Source: a bacterium (GTDB lineage Bacteria; Chloroflexota; Anaerolineae; Aggregatilineales; Phototrophicaceae). Taken from it: 64,000 nt of DNA. The stretch lies in NCBI GenBank assembly GCA_033762735.1, contig JANRLJ010000218.1, positions 8,943 to 72,942 on the forward strand, written 5' to 3'. Of the stretch, positions 38,545-48,195 are shown piece after piece; within the stretch, counting starts at the first letter, position 1; each line of letters begins with the position of its first letter. The position numbers and the translations under genes are program-made. The notes under the pieces were generated by a model. The model was not told the DNA's origin. It saw only the letters and a list, made by a program, of their open reading frames with translations, and made no database searches.

Positions 38545-39654
38545 TTACCGCACCGGCACCGTGCCAATCGCCCCGCGCACCGTGACGAAATCCGCGTCGA
38601 TCCAACCGACCTGGCCGTTCCAGCGGATGTGCAGCCAGTGGCTTTGCCCGCCCTGCACCGTGCGACCGAGGATGGACACCTGATCGCCCCAGGGAACCTG
38701 CCCCAGGCTTTGTGAGCGCACCGAAGGCCGCCGCCGCAGGTTCATATAAGCGCGCGGTGCACCAATCACCCCCGTGTCTGAGGCGGCATCAATCGCCTCG
38801 AATTCCGTCGCCTGGAACGGCAGCAGATTCACATCCACATTGATCTGCAAATAACGCCCCGATGCCCAGCCGACTCGCTCGCCCGCCTGCACCAGATACC
38901 ACGTAAACGTGCCGCCTTCGTCCGTATTCCGCGCCAGCACCGGGTAGGAGGTGCTCGGACGCAGCACACCGACCAGCGACGCCCCCAGGTAGGGGCCGCT
39001 GCGCAGTGACAACCCGCGCACATTCACCACCTGCGCTTGCGGCCCGGTCGGGACGGGAGTCGCACCGGGGACACCGGGCGCCCCAGGAAAACCAGGCGTG
39101 CCGGGGAAGCCGGGGGTGCTGCCGGGGAAACCGGGCGTGGTTGGAGCGCCCGCGCCGAACGTCCAGTAAAGCTGGAGCACGGCGGTCGAAGTCAGTTCGA
39201 TCCAATCGACCTGAAGCTGATAGGTTCCAGCGGTGTTGATGGTCACATTGAAGGTATACGTCCCCGGCACGTCAGCATTGGTAATCAGGGGTGTGCCGCT
39301 CAGGTATACGTCGGCCTGGTCATCGACCACCAGCGTGAAGGTGTACGTCCCGGCATTGAACTGCTGTGTGGACGTAAACCGCGCCGACCAGTTATCGGGG
39401 CTGGGCAGGCCGGGGTTCGCGCCTGCGCCGTTATTGGGGAAGTCAATAAAGTTAAAGTTCAAGCCGTTGGGATAGGTGCCTGTGCCGACCTGATTGGTGA
39501 AATTGGTCGAGTTAAAGAACGCGCCTGACCAGTTCGTGCCGTAGGTCGGCCCCTGTGCAATGACGGTATTGGCTGACCATGCCCATCCCAGCGCACCCAG
39601 CAGCGCCAGTCCGAGCGCCAGCGCAGCCATCAACCGGACTCGTCTAAGCAACAT
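38545..39654 (-). CDS. Secreted PA14-domain protein with Pro/Gly-rich linker and C-terminal SH3b-like domains
   Basis: The ATG at 39654 lies 8 nt after GGAGGG and is followed by a signal peptide. The PA14-like N-terminal half is paralogous to 52310..53080. A linker PGFPGSTPGFPGTPGFPGAPGVPG is encoded by a short tandem DNA repeat. Confidence 0.6.
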   Translation of the reverse strand: MLLRRVRLMAALALGLALLGALGWAWSANTVIAQGPTYGTNWSGAFFNSTNFTNQVGTGTYPNGLNFNFIDFPNNGAGANPGLPSPDNWSARFTSTQQFNAGTYTFTLVVDDQADVYLSGTPLITNADVPGTYTFNVTINTAGTYQLQVDWIELTSTAVLQLYWTFGAGAPTTPGFPGSTPGFPGTPGFPGAPGVPGATPVPTGPQAQVVNVRGLSLRSGPYLGASLVGVLRPSTSYPVLARNTDEGGTFTWYLVQAGERVGWASGRYLQINVDVNLLPFQATEFEAIDAASDTGVIGAPRAYMNLRRRPSVRSQSLGQVPWGDQVSILGRTVQGGQSHWLHIRWNGQVGWIDADFVTVRGAIGTVPVR

Positions 39655-39858
39655 CTCATGTCCCTCCGGTGGTAAAAGCGTTACATTATTATGATAAATG
39701 CAGCCTTGCATCCGCGAAAACGGCGCCCGCAGCCCTGCAACTTCATTCCGCAAATCGCGTATAGATCATAGTATACAACGCACCGACAGATTCACACGCA
39801 AGTGCATCTAGCCCGTTAGTCATAGAGACACGACGATTCTCAGGAGGAGAAGAACACC

Positions 39859-40212
39859 ATGAGTGAACAACCGCAGCAGAACCCGGAAGGCAACCGCCGC
39901 ACGATCAGCGAAGAACTGGAAGTCGCGGGCGGCCAGTTGGTCGATAAGCTCCAGGAAGTCATGAAGCAGGGCAACGTCCGCCGCATCATCATCCGCAGCG
40001 CCGATGATCGCGTCCTGCTGGAAACCACGCTCACCGTCGGCACTATCGCGGGCGGTGCGCTGGCGCTGGTCGGCGGTCTGCCGCTGGCGGTGCTGGCCGT
40101 GATCGCGGCGGCAGTGGCGCGCGTGCGGGTCGAAATCGTGCGCGAACTGATCGACGGCGATCTGCTGCCCGACGACGGCAAGCGCAAGATCGAAATCGCC
40201 GCCGAAGAATAA
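39859..40212 (+). CDS. DUF4342-like small protein
   Basis: 117 aa with an AGGAGGAGAAGAA RBS region. It is a conserved small hydrophobic-core protein; the family assignment is from memory. Confidence 0.45.
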   Translation: MSEQPQQNPEGNRRTISEELEVAGGQLVDKLQEVMKQGNVRRIIIRSADDRVLLETTLTVGTIAGGALALVGGLPLAVLAVIAAAVARVRVEIVRELIDGDLLPDDGKRKIEIAAEE

Positions 40213-40218
40213 GCAGCA

Positions 40219-40297
40219 GCCCTCATCCCCCCGCCCCCTTCTCCCTCAGGGAGAAGGGGGAGAGAAACACTTCAGCACCTCTTGCGGGGATGAGGGC
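40219..40297. mobile_element. Small MITE-like element with perfect 12-bp inverted termini GCCCTCATCCCC / GGGGATGAGGGC
   Basis: It sits between convergent genes and contains the CCCTTCTCCCTCAGGGAGAAGGGGGAGAG internal palindrome. Confidence 0.75.
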
Positions 40298-40307
40298 GCT
40301 ACATCCC

Positions 40308-40880
40308 TCAACCACCCTTCACCAGCGGCTGCAAAAACGAGTTCGGGTCAGCCAGCAGAATCCACACCGCAGAGAAAATCCCCACAATCAGCAGAATCAG
40401 CAGCGCCCCCCACAGACAGCCCTGGTTCGACCGGGCGCTCATCTCCAGCACCGCCTGCGATGGCCTGCGTGGATTGTAGTAGACCGTGACCGTCTTCCCC
40501 GGCGGATAGGCCTGTATCTGCTGTTCGATCCTGGCGCGGCTGCCCTGGGTGAGCGTCAGCCCAGGTGCCATCCGATCTGCCTCGTAGCGTTTCCCATCGA
40601 CCATGTATTCATACACGACCTGCGGATAGTAGCCGTTGTCGCCGTCGTCCATCACGTCTGCCCGCAGGACGCGCCCGGTCGTCTGCCGCCACGCGCCGCG
40701 CTGTCCGGCAAATCGCAGCCGACCGATCAACCAGAACAGCAGCATCACCACTGCGATGAACACAAACGGCGACATCAGCAGGGCTAACAGTTGAATTTCC
40801 TCGCGCATCCACAGCTCGTTCAGCATCGCAGGCTCCGTAGGGTGAACAGGCACAGGCGAAGTATGCTCAGGTGGTGGCAA
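40308..40880 (-). CDS. DUF3592-like membrane protein
   Basis: N-terminal TM, then a beta-rich domain with the TGRV...VVYEY...VYYNP pattern. The start could be the ATG at 40826. Confidence 0.5.
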   Translation of the reverse strand: MPPPEHTSPVPVHPTEPAMLNELWMREEIQLLALLMSPFVFIAVVMLLFWLIGRLRFAGQRGAWRQTTGRVLRADVMDDGDNGYYPQVVYEYMVDGKRYEADRMAPGLTLTQGSRARIEQQIQAYPPGKTVTVYYNPRRPSQAVLEMSARSNQGCLWGALLILLIVGIFSAVWILLADPNSFLQPLVKGG

Positions 40881-40953
40881 AGGCGCAACCTCGCCCGGTC
40901 ACTGGTTATTGCCCCTGCGAAGGTGCGGCGCTATAGTTCTGCTGGACGCACAA

Positions 40954-40981
40954 GCGCCCCACATCCGGGGCGTCTTTTTTT
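40954..40981 (+). terminator. Intrinsic terminator/attenuator hairpin in mgtE leader (candidate Mg-responsive riboswitch expression platform)
   Basis: GCGCCCC-ACATCC-GGGGCG is followed by TCTTTTTTT, 31 nt upstream of the mgtE ATG. No + strand gene ends here. Confidence 0.5.
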
Positions 40982-41011
40982 GAGTCGGCCTCGTGCCGAA
41001 AAGGGGGCAGT

Positions 41012-42388
41012 ATGAGCGACGGCTATTCCACCCATACCACCGCAACCGAACGCCGCATCCGTGAGCTGCTGGAAGCCCAGCAGTTGAACGAGCTGCGGGC
41101 ACTGGTGAATGACGAATATGCCCCCGACCTGGCCGACGTGCTGGAACGCCTTGACGAAGACGAACAGTTGAAAGTGTTCGGTCTGCTTGAGATTGATATG
41201 GCGATTGACGTGCTGCATGAACTGGGGCGACAGGCCACCCGCCACATCCTCTCCGGCATTCCAGCGGCGAGGGTCGGCGATCTGCTGGATGAAATGCCGA
41301 TGGACGACGCGGCCAGCATCCTGATCGAAGATGTGCCCGATATGCAGGAAGAATTTCTGGCGGAGATGGAACCTGCCGACGCCGCCGAAGTGCGCGACCT
41401 GCTGCAATATCCGCCCAAGAGCGCGGGACGGCTGATGACCGAGAAGTTCGCGCGGATTCGCCCCGAAGCGACCGTGCAGGACGTGATGGCGCATCTGCGC
41501 AAAATCGACCCCGAAGTCGAGACGATTTCGGACGTGTACGCGCTCGACCCACAAGGGCGGCTGGCAGGGGTGGCGTCGCTGCGGCAGTTGGTCACGGCAG
41601 ACCCGCAGCAGCGTATCAGGGAAATCATGGCGACCGACCTGATTACGGTCGCGCCGGACACCGATCAGGAGGATGTGGCGCGGCTGGTGGCACGGTATGA
41701 TTTTCTCGCCATTCCGGTCGTGACAAGCGACCTCAGGATGCTCGGCATTATCACGGTTGATGACGTGATTCATGTGCTGGTGGAAGAAAGCGCCGAGGAT
41801 GCGCTGCGCTTCGGCGGTGTGGAGGGCGCGGTCGGCCTCATCAGCCAGCCCTATTTCACTGTCCCCCTCAACAAGGTGATTCGCTCCCGGCTGGGGTGGC
41901 TGCTGCTGCTGTTCGTGGCGGAGACGTTCACGGGCATGGTGCTGCGCGGCTATGAATCGCAGTTAGCACAGGTCACGGCGCTGTCCTTCTTCATCCCACT
42001 GCTGATCGGCACGGGCGGGAATACGGGCGCACAGACGGTTTCCACGATTATTCGGGCGCTGGCGCTGAAGGAGGTGCGTCTGTCTGACGGGATGCGCGTC
42101 CTGGCGCGGGAGATGGGCAGCGGTCTGCTGCTCGGCACACTGCTGGGGACGGTCGGTTTTTTTCGGGCGCTGCTGTGGGGGAGCGGCTTCGGGCTGTCGC
42201 TGGTGGTGGGGCTGAGTGTGCTGGCGATCTGCGCCTGGGCCAACACCATCGGCTCCCTGATTCCGCTGATCGCCACCCGCTTCAAAATCGACCCGGCCAT
42301 CGTCTCCGCCCCGCTCATCACCACGCTGGTGGGCGCGACCGGGCTGGCGATTTACCTCACCATTGCCACGATTATCCTGAGGTTGTAA
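41012..42388 (+). CDS. mgtE: Magnesium transporter MgtE
   Basis: MgtE N-domain, tandem CBS domains, and a C-terminal five-TM domain containing the conserved GNTGAQ-type motif (GTGGNTGAQT). Confidence 0.9.
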   Translation: MSDGYSTHTTATERRIRELLEAQQLNELRALVNDEYAPDLADVLERLDEDEQLKVFGLLEIDMAIDVLHELGRQATRHILSGIPAARVGDLLDEMPMDDAASILIEDVPDMQEEFLAEMEPADAAEVRDLLQYPPKSAGRLMTEKFARIRPEATVQDVMAHLRKIDPEVETISDVYALDPQGRLAGVASLRQLVTADPQQRIREIMATDLITVAPDTDQEDVARLVARYDFLAIPVVTSDLRMLGIITVDDVIHVLVEESAEDALRFGGVEGAVGLISQPYFTVPLNKVIRSRLGWLLLLFVAETFTGMVLRGYESQLAQVTALSFFIPLLIGTGGNTGAQTVSTIIRALALKEVRLSDGMRVLAREMGSGLLLGTLLGTVGFFRALLWGSGFGLSLVVGLSVLAICAWANTIGSLIPLIATRFKIDPAIVSAPLITTLVGATGLAIYLTIATIILRL

Positions 42389-42541
42389 CTTCAACATAAA
42401 AACTTTCTGAAATCGAGCATGGTGCTTCTCGTCCTCAATAAATTTCCTGTGCTTTACGCGCAAAGATCGTGTACAATCGGGGTTGTGTCTTTCGTGCGCT
42501 TTATTCCCAAAAAGCTGCGTTCCTCAACAGGAGAGTAACCG

Positions 42542-42913
42542 TTGGCTAAGTCACGCACTGAACAACTGGTTGAACGTCTGCGCGATCTTCAGGCCAGCTC
42601 CGGCGACGTCGAAGCCGCAGCCGTCGTCAGCGTTGACGGGCTGAGTATGGCATCGTCGCTGCCGTCGAACATTGAAGAAGATCGCGTGAGCGCCATGTCC
42701 GCCGCGATGGTGTCCCTGGGCGAGCGTATTTCGTCCGAACTGGGGCGCGGCCTGATGGAACAGGTCATGGTCAAGGGCGAAAACGGCTATGTGATCCTGA
42801 CCTCGGTCGGGGAAGAAGCCGTGCTCACCGTGCTGGCGCGCAAGGATGCCAAGCTGGGGTTGATCTTCCTGGACGTAAACCGCACGGTCGATGCCCTGTC
42901 GCAGATTATTTAG
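42542..42913 (+). CDS. Roadblock/LC7 domain protein
   Basis: About 120 aa with the roadblock pattern (VEAAAVVSVDGLSMAS...GYVILTSVG). Confidence 0.7.
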   Translation: MAKSRTEQLVERLRDLQASSGDVEAAAVVSVDGLSMASSLPSNIEEDRVSAMSAAMVSLGERISSELGRGLMEQVMVKGENGYVILTSVGEEAVLTVLARKDAKLGLIFLDVNRTVDALSQII

Positions 42914-43067
42914 CCGTTAGCGATTAGCGATCAGCCATTCGCTTTTTGATAAAACCTATTTTTGGGCTAGAGAATGTTGTGTTGACATTTGTACTCAAAA
43001 GCGGAGTACATAAGCATCAATGTCAACACGGGCTAATCGCTAAAAGCTAACCGCTGAGAGCTAACTC

Positions 43068-43715
43068 ATGCTTGAACCGAGCGGCCTGTACTACCCAAAT
43101 CGCATCGCGCGCTGGTTCTTTCTGGCGATGGAAGACGTGATGGGCAAACACGGCCTGAACGCGGTGCTGGGGCTGGCCGGGCTGGAAGCCTTCATGGGCA
43201 ATCCCCCGCCGGATGCGCTTGCGCGTCAGTTCGATTTTGCCTATATGGCCGCGCTCAACCAGGCGTTGGAAGATATGTATGGCCCACGCGGCGGACGCGG
43301 CATGGCGCTGCGCATTGGTCGCGCCACCGTCAGCCAGGGGATGAAAAATTTCGGTGCGCTGGCGGGGATGGCTGATCCGGCCTTCCAGGCGCTCCCGCTG
43401 GTAAAGCGCCAGCGGATCGGGCTGGACGCGCTGGCGGCGGTCTTTTCGCGTTTCAGCGATCAGGTCACGTCCGTCAGCGAAACCGACAGCGCCTATCAAC
43501 TGAGCGTCGAGATCAGCCCGATGGCGTGGGGGCGCAATGCCGACCGCCCGGTGTGCCATGCGCTGGTGGGAATCACGCAGGAAGTGCTGAGTTATGCTTC
43601 CGGCGGGTATGAATTTCATGTACAGGAGATCGCCTGCCGCGCTGCCGGGGGCGATCAGTGTGTGTTTAAGATCAATAAGACGCCCATAGGGCAAAGTCAG
43701 GTTCGTTCGACGTAA
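43068..43715 (+). CDS. Probable V4R (4-vinyl reductase) domain protein
   Basis: Conserved Cys-containing C-terminal region (CHALVGITQEVLSYASG...CRAAGGDQC). The family assignment has moderate confidence. Confidence 0.45.
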   Translation: MLEPSGLYYPNRIARWFFLAMEDVMGKHGLNAVLGLAGLEAFMGNPPPDALARQFDFAYMAALNQALEDMYGPRGGRGMALRIGRATVSQGMKNFGALAGMADPAFQALPLVKRQRIGLDALAAVFSRFSDQVTSVSETDSAYQLSVEISPMAWGRNADRPVCHALVGITQEVLSYASGGYEFHVQEIACRAAGGDQCVFKINKTPIGQSQVRST

Positions 43716-43855
43716 AGAAGGTCCCGCCCTCACCCCATCAGCGAAGCCACGCCTTTTCTCCCTTATGGTGAGGGAAGGCATTCAGACCGGGGTTTCCCCT
43801 CTTGTCATCCGTAAAGGGTGAGGGTAAACATCAGTAACCAAAAGGTGGATGGAAC

Positions 43856-44719
43856 GTGGATAAGCCCCAAATTCTGATTGTGGAAGATGATCTCGACCTG
43901 GCCGAGATGCTCAACGCCTATTTCCGGGTGCAGAATTATGATGTGCTCACGGCGGCCTGGGGCGAAGAAGCGCTTCAGATCAGCCGGGACAATGACGTGA
44001 ACCTGATCGTGCTGGACATTCGCCTGCCGGATATTGACGGCTACGAAGTCTGCCGCCAACTGCGCTCCCAACGCCGCACCCAGGACACGCCCATCATCTT
44101 TCTCACCGAAAAGCGCGACCGCGTGGACAAGCTGCAAGGGCTGGAACTGGGCGTGGTGGATTACATCACCAAGCCGTTCGACATTCAGGAACTTCGCCTG
44201 CGGGTGCGCAACGCCATCAACCGCGCCAGCCGCTCGTCGCTGATTAACCCGGTGACCGATCTGCCTGAAAGCGATATGGTGGACGAAAAGCTCACCACGC
44301 TGCTTTCCAACACCGACAAATGGGCAGTGCTGCAACTGTCCATCAACAGCCTGAGCCGCTTCCGCGAGATGTACGGCTTTGTGGCAGCAGATGATGTGCT
44401 GCGGGCGGTGACGCTGATGGTGCGCAACGCCGTGCGCGAATATGGCACAGCGGAAGACTACGTCGGCCACACCGGCCCGGAAGACTTTGTCATCGTGACC
44501 AACCCCGAAAATGTGAGCCGCATCCGTGAGCGCATCGAAGCGCGCGTACAGCAGTCGCGCGAATACTTCTATCCGCTTAAGGATCGTGACAAGGCGCGGG
44601 AGGCGATGGAAGCGAATCATCTCAAGCTGATGAGCGCGGTAGTGGAGTCCAGCGCCGGGCCGTTCAGCACACTGGAAGACCTTAAGGCCGCGCTGCAAAA
44701 GGCGACCAACCCGGCGTAA
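43856..44719 (+). CDS. Response regulator with C-terminal degenerate GGDEF-like domain
   Basis: Receiver domain (DD...D phosphoacceptor LIVLDIRLPDIDG, K in ITKPF). The C-terminal approx. 160 aa have the GGDEF-fold pattern but lack the GG[DE]EF motif (VGHTGPEDF instead). Confidence 0.6.
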   Translation: MDKPQILIVEDDLDLAEMLNAYFRVQNYDVLTAAWGEEALQISRDNDVNLIVLDIRLPDIDGYEVCRQLRSQRRTQDTPIIFLTEKRDRVDKLQGLELGVVDYITKPFDIQELRLRVRNAINRASRSSLINPVTDLPESDMVDEKLTTLLSNTDKWAVLQLSINSLSRFREMYGFVAADDVLRAVTLMVRNAVREYGTAEDYVGHTGPEDFVIVTNPENVSRIRERIEARVQQSREYFYPLKDRDKAREAMEANHLKLMSAVVESSAGPFSTLEDLKAALQKATNPA

Positions 44720-44760
44720 TTCAGCGTCTTTCATGGGTACAGCCGACAACATCTGCACGT

Positions 44761-44815
44761 TACAACTTATTTCAAAAATGCGTATTGTAGGGGCGATGTG
44801 CGCGTCGCCCCTACC
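44761..44815. repeat. REP-like element paralogous to 6081-6135 (TACAACTTATTTCAA...GTAGGGGCGATGTGCGCGTCGCCCCTAC)
   Basis: A shared 15-mer TACAACTTATTTCAA plus the palindrome. The second copy at 6081-6135 lies upstream of the TolB-like gene. Confidence 0.8.
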
Positions 44816-45251
44816 GAAAATCCGAATTTTGAAATGGCTTCGACTTTTCTGAATTCATCAACCACAGGGGTGGCGCACCGCGTCGCCCCTTGACGCAGGG
44901 CAAACGCATCAAATTTCACAGATACGCCAAGAAAGTTCAATACCAACACCAACCACGAAGGCGCAAAGAACACAAAGATTTTCCCTCGTCTTCGTGTCCT
45001 TCGTGCCTTTGTGGTTCAAAAAAGCGCTTTAGCGTGTGGTCGTGTTTTGATGCAATCGCCCTGCCCGTTGACCGTTTGCTTTCCTGCGCTGATGCCATCT
45101 CTCCTGTAAAATCACTGCCCCCGCAGCTTTTGCAAATCCACCAACCATCCTCAAACCAAACGTTCGTAAAATTTTCGTTTGCATTTCCAGGGAAAGTAGG
45201 CTTGAATTATCATTGATATAATTTCATCGCCGCATTCTGACAGAGGCCACT

Positions 45252-46652
45252 ATGACCCGCATTTACCACCGCCTCCCCTTTGCTGCTGTCGCATTTTTTC
45301 TGATCGTCCTGTTTTCGCTGTCGCGCATTCCGGTTTCTGCCCAACCTGTCCATGATGATGCCGCCGCGCTGGAAGCCATCGCCGCGATTAATCAGTGGCG
45401 GCTGGAAAATGGCCTGTGGCCGCTGCGCTTCAATCCACTGCTGCAGGACATGGCGAAGACGCAGGCGCAGTATGTGATGTCGCTGCCGGACATCCCCGAC
45501 GACATTCACGCCGGGGTCTATGGTGAAGGCCCGCGTGACCGCGCCGTGAACCGCCCGTTTGAATGGCCGTACTACTTTATGGGCAACCGCGTTTCGATTG
45601 GTGAAAACGCGGGCATCGGCAACCTGACCTTCTCGCTGAACTTCTGGCGCAATTCGGAAATTCATCGCAATACATCACTTGGTGAAGGCTTCCGCGAAAT
45701 CGGCGTGGCGGCCTATCCGTACCGCTCTGCCCACATGTACTTCGTGGTGTTCGGCGCGAGGCCAAATATCCTGCCCGCGCTGGTCAACCCGGCGACCGGG
45801 CAGCTTCACCTCACCAGCGAGCGCTATCGCTGGGCGGTGCCGGAAATCCCCGATTTCATCCATGCGGTCGTGCGCTATCGCCTGCTGGACGCCAGCGGTC
45901 AGCCGCTCACCGCCGACTGGCAGCCCTGGCAGCCTGTGATCGACATCCCCGCCAACGCGGGCGACCGCCTGACCGTGATCTACTCCGACGGCACGAAGGA
46001 AGTCACCACAGAAGTGAATCTGACTGCGCCTGCCGACCGCGCGATTCTGCCGGGGTATATCCCCTCCCTTGCTGAACTGGTGCAAACGGTGTCGCAGGAA
46101 ATTGCGCCAAACGCCACACAGCCGCCGATTGTGGCCGAAGCCGCGACCAACACGCCGCAGGCCGTCGTCTTTGCGACCGCCACGCCCGCTCCTGTGACCG
46201 TGACTCCGCAGACGGTCGTGTTCGCGACCATGACACCCAACGTCTCCCCGACGCTGACAGCCACCGCCACCCCAGCCGTGAGCACGCCCGCCAGTGATCT
46301 GGTGATCGTCTATGACGCAAACACGCTGACCGTGACCAACACGAGCGGAGGGCGGCTGAACATCGCCGATCTGGAACTGGTGAGCGGCGAGCGCATCCTG
46401 CGGTTCAGCGCATGGGGGCAGTTCAGCGGGTCGCCGTTGGATAGCTTCGGCGAAGGGCTGTGCCTGCAAGCGTTTAGCTGGAATCAAAGCAGCGCACCCC
46501 GGCCTGCCGAATGCCGCGATGCGGTTGGCGTAGTCACGCTGGCGCCGGAGCGTCTGTTCTGGACACAGGCCGATTTCACCGTCAACCGCGCAGGCAATGT
46601 GCTGGCGACATGCACCCTGGGCGCAGGGCGCTGCACGGTCGATTTGCCTTAA
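45252..46652 (+). CDS. Secreted CAP (SCP/PR-1-like) domain protein with Thr/Pro-rich repeats and C-terminal domain
   Basis: Signal peptide, a CAP-like N-terminal region, and a low-complexity TP-rich linker (ATPAPVTVTPQTVVFAT repeated). Confidence 0.5.
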   Translation: MTRIYHRLPFAAVAFFLIVLFSLSRIPVSAQPVHDDAAALEAIAAINQWRLENGLWPLRFNPLLQDMAKTQAQYVMSLPDIPDDIHAGVYGEGPRDRAVNRPFEWPYYFMGNRVSIGENAGIGNLTFSLNFWRNSEIHRNTSLGEGFREIGVAAYPYRSAHMYFVVFGARPNILPALVNPATGQLHLTSERYRWAVPEIPDFIHAVVRYRLLDASGQPLTADWQPWQPVIDIPANAGDRLTVIYSDGTKEVTTEVNLTAPADRAILPGYIPSLAELVQTVSQEIAPNATQPPIVAEAATNTPQAVVFATATPAPVTVTPQTVVFATMTPNVSPTLTATATPAVSTPASDLVIVYDANTLTVTNTSGGRLNIADLELVSGERILRFSAWGQFSGSPLDSFGEGLCLQAFSWNQSSAPRPAECRDAVGVVTLAPERLFWTQADFTVNRAGNVLATCTLGAGRCTVDLP

Positions 46653-46751
46653 AACCCTCAATCCCCGCCCCCTTCTCCCTCAGCGAGAAGGGGAGAGCGC
46701 CGGTGTAAGCCCCTCTCCATGAGGGAGAGGGGTTTGGGGTGAGGGCATCCC

Positions 46752-48026
46752 TCAGATCAGATGCAGCGCGGTCTGCCGCCCGTCCAGATATTCGACACCG
46801 TTCGCCGTCAGCGCTGCGTCTTCTTCCAGCGCGATTCGGACGACCTGCCCGCCCCATTCCGGCACAGCTTTCTTCACGTTCAGCTCAATCGCATAGCAGG
46901 TGTCCGCGAACAGGGGATAATCGCCCTGTCCCGGTACGCCGTCCTGCCGATCCCACAGGCCAATCGTGGGACCAGCGCCGTGCCCGTGATAGCCGAGCGG
47001 GTGGCTGTAGACCTGCGGTTGCAGCCCTTCGCCCCGTGCCCGTTCCAGGGTGCTGCGCAGGACTTCGTTCCCGGTCTGCGTGATGACCATCGACTCCAGC
47101 AGAATGTCCTGCAAACGGTTGCCCTCGCGCAGCGCATCCTTCAAGCCCTGTGGCGCGTCGCTTTCGCCGGGGCGGAGCACATAGGCGTGCTGCTGATGAT
47201 CGGTCGCCAGCCCCAGATAGTAGAAGCCGACATCACAGTGCAGCAGATCACCTGGCATGATGACCTCGCGTTTTTCAATCTTTTCCCGCGCCGCGACCGG
47301 CTCGAACGATTGGCCGGGTGCCTGAATCTCGACGGTCGGATGAAACCACGCCTGCAAACCGAGGTCGTGCATCTTCTGCCGGAACCACCACACCACATCG
47401 TCGGTGGTCGTGATGCCGGGATGGATGACCCTGCCGGAGAAGGCTTCGGCAATCAGGGCGTGGTTGATCTGCGCGATGGCGGGGTAGGCGGCCAGTTCCG
47501 CCGGGGTGCGCCGTTCCAGCCAGCCCACGCACAGCCGTTCCGCGCCCTGCGCCCGCGCCATCAGTTCCGGGCCGAGCGCGTCTGCGATGCGAAGATATTC
47601 GCTGTGCGTCAGGCCATCCCCGAAGGCGAACGTTTCCGCCACGTTCAGGCCAATCGTCTGTGGATCGCGTTCGTGCACCAGCCGCACCAGGCATTCGTGC
47701 TGCGTCTCCCTGTCGGGGTCCCAGGCGCGTTCATACAGATCGCCGTAGCCATAGCGATCTACAGATAAACGCTCGACCGTGCCGTCTGACCGCCGATACA
47801 GCAGAAGGATCGTCCGCCGCCGCGCCGCCATCGCGGGTTCGGGCAGCAGCGTCATAATCACCGGGTCTTCGTTATATTCCCGCGCCGCCACCAGCCACAG
47901 ATCGATTCCCTCCCGTGCCATCAGTTCGGGCAGGATGGTTTCCAGCCGTTCGCGCAGCCATGTATTGCGCACCCGCATCGCCTCCCGCAGCGGCAGCAGC
48001 CTGCCCCGATATGCCTCGACCGACAT
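46752..48026 (-). CDS. M24 family metallopeptidase (creatinase/prolidase-like)
   Basis: Pita-bread metal ligand pattern (HCDVGF, HPLGYHGHGAGP, YAIELN). Confidence 0.7.
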   Translation of the reverse strand: MSVEAYRGRLLPLREAMRVRNTWLRERLETILPELMAREGIDLWLVAAREYNEDPVIMTLLPEPAMAARRRTILLLYRRSDGTVERLSVDRYGYGDLYERAWDPDRETQHECLVRLVHERDPQTIGLNVAETFAFGDGLTHSEYLRIADALGPELMARAQGAERLCVGWLERRTPAELAAYPAIAQINHALIAEAFSGRVIHPGITTTDDVVWWFRQKMHDLGLQAWFHPTVEIQAPGQSFEPVAAREKIEKREVIMPGDLLHCDVGFYYLGLATDHQQHAYVLRPGESDAPQGLKDALREGNRLQDILLESMVITQTGNEVLRSTLERARGEGLQPQVYSHPLGYHGHGAGPTIGLWDRQDGVPGQGDYPLFADTCYAIELNVKKAVPEWGGQVVRIALEEDAALTANGVEYLDGRQTALHLI

Positions 48027-48195
48027 TCGTCCCGTCCTTTCGCAAAAAAGCGGGATTATGAACGGTCGGGCGGAATCCGGCGAGAGCCAAAGAAAGGATT
48101 TGACGCCAAGAGAGGGGGTAGGGGCGCACCCGTGTATGCGCCCGATGTGGCAAAAAGAGAGGGGGCAGGCGTCGAACCCGCCCCTGTCTGGCTGC

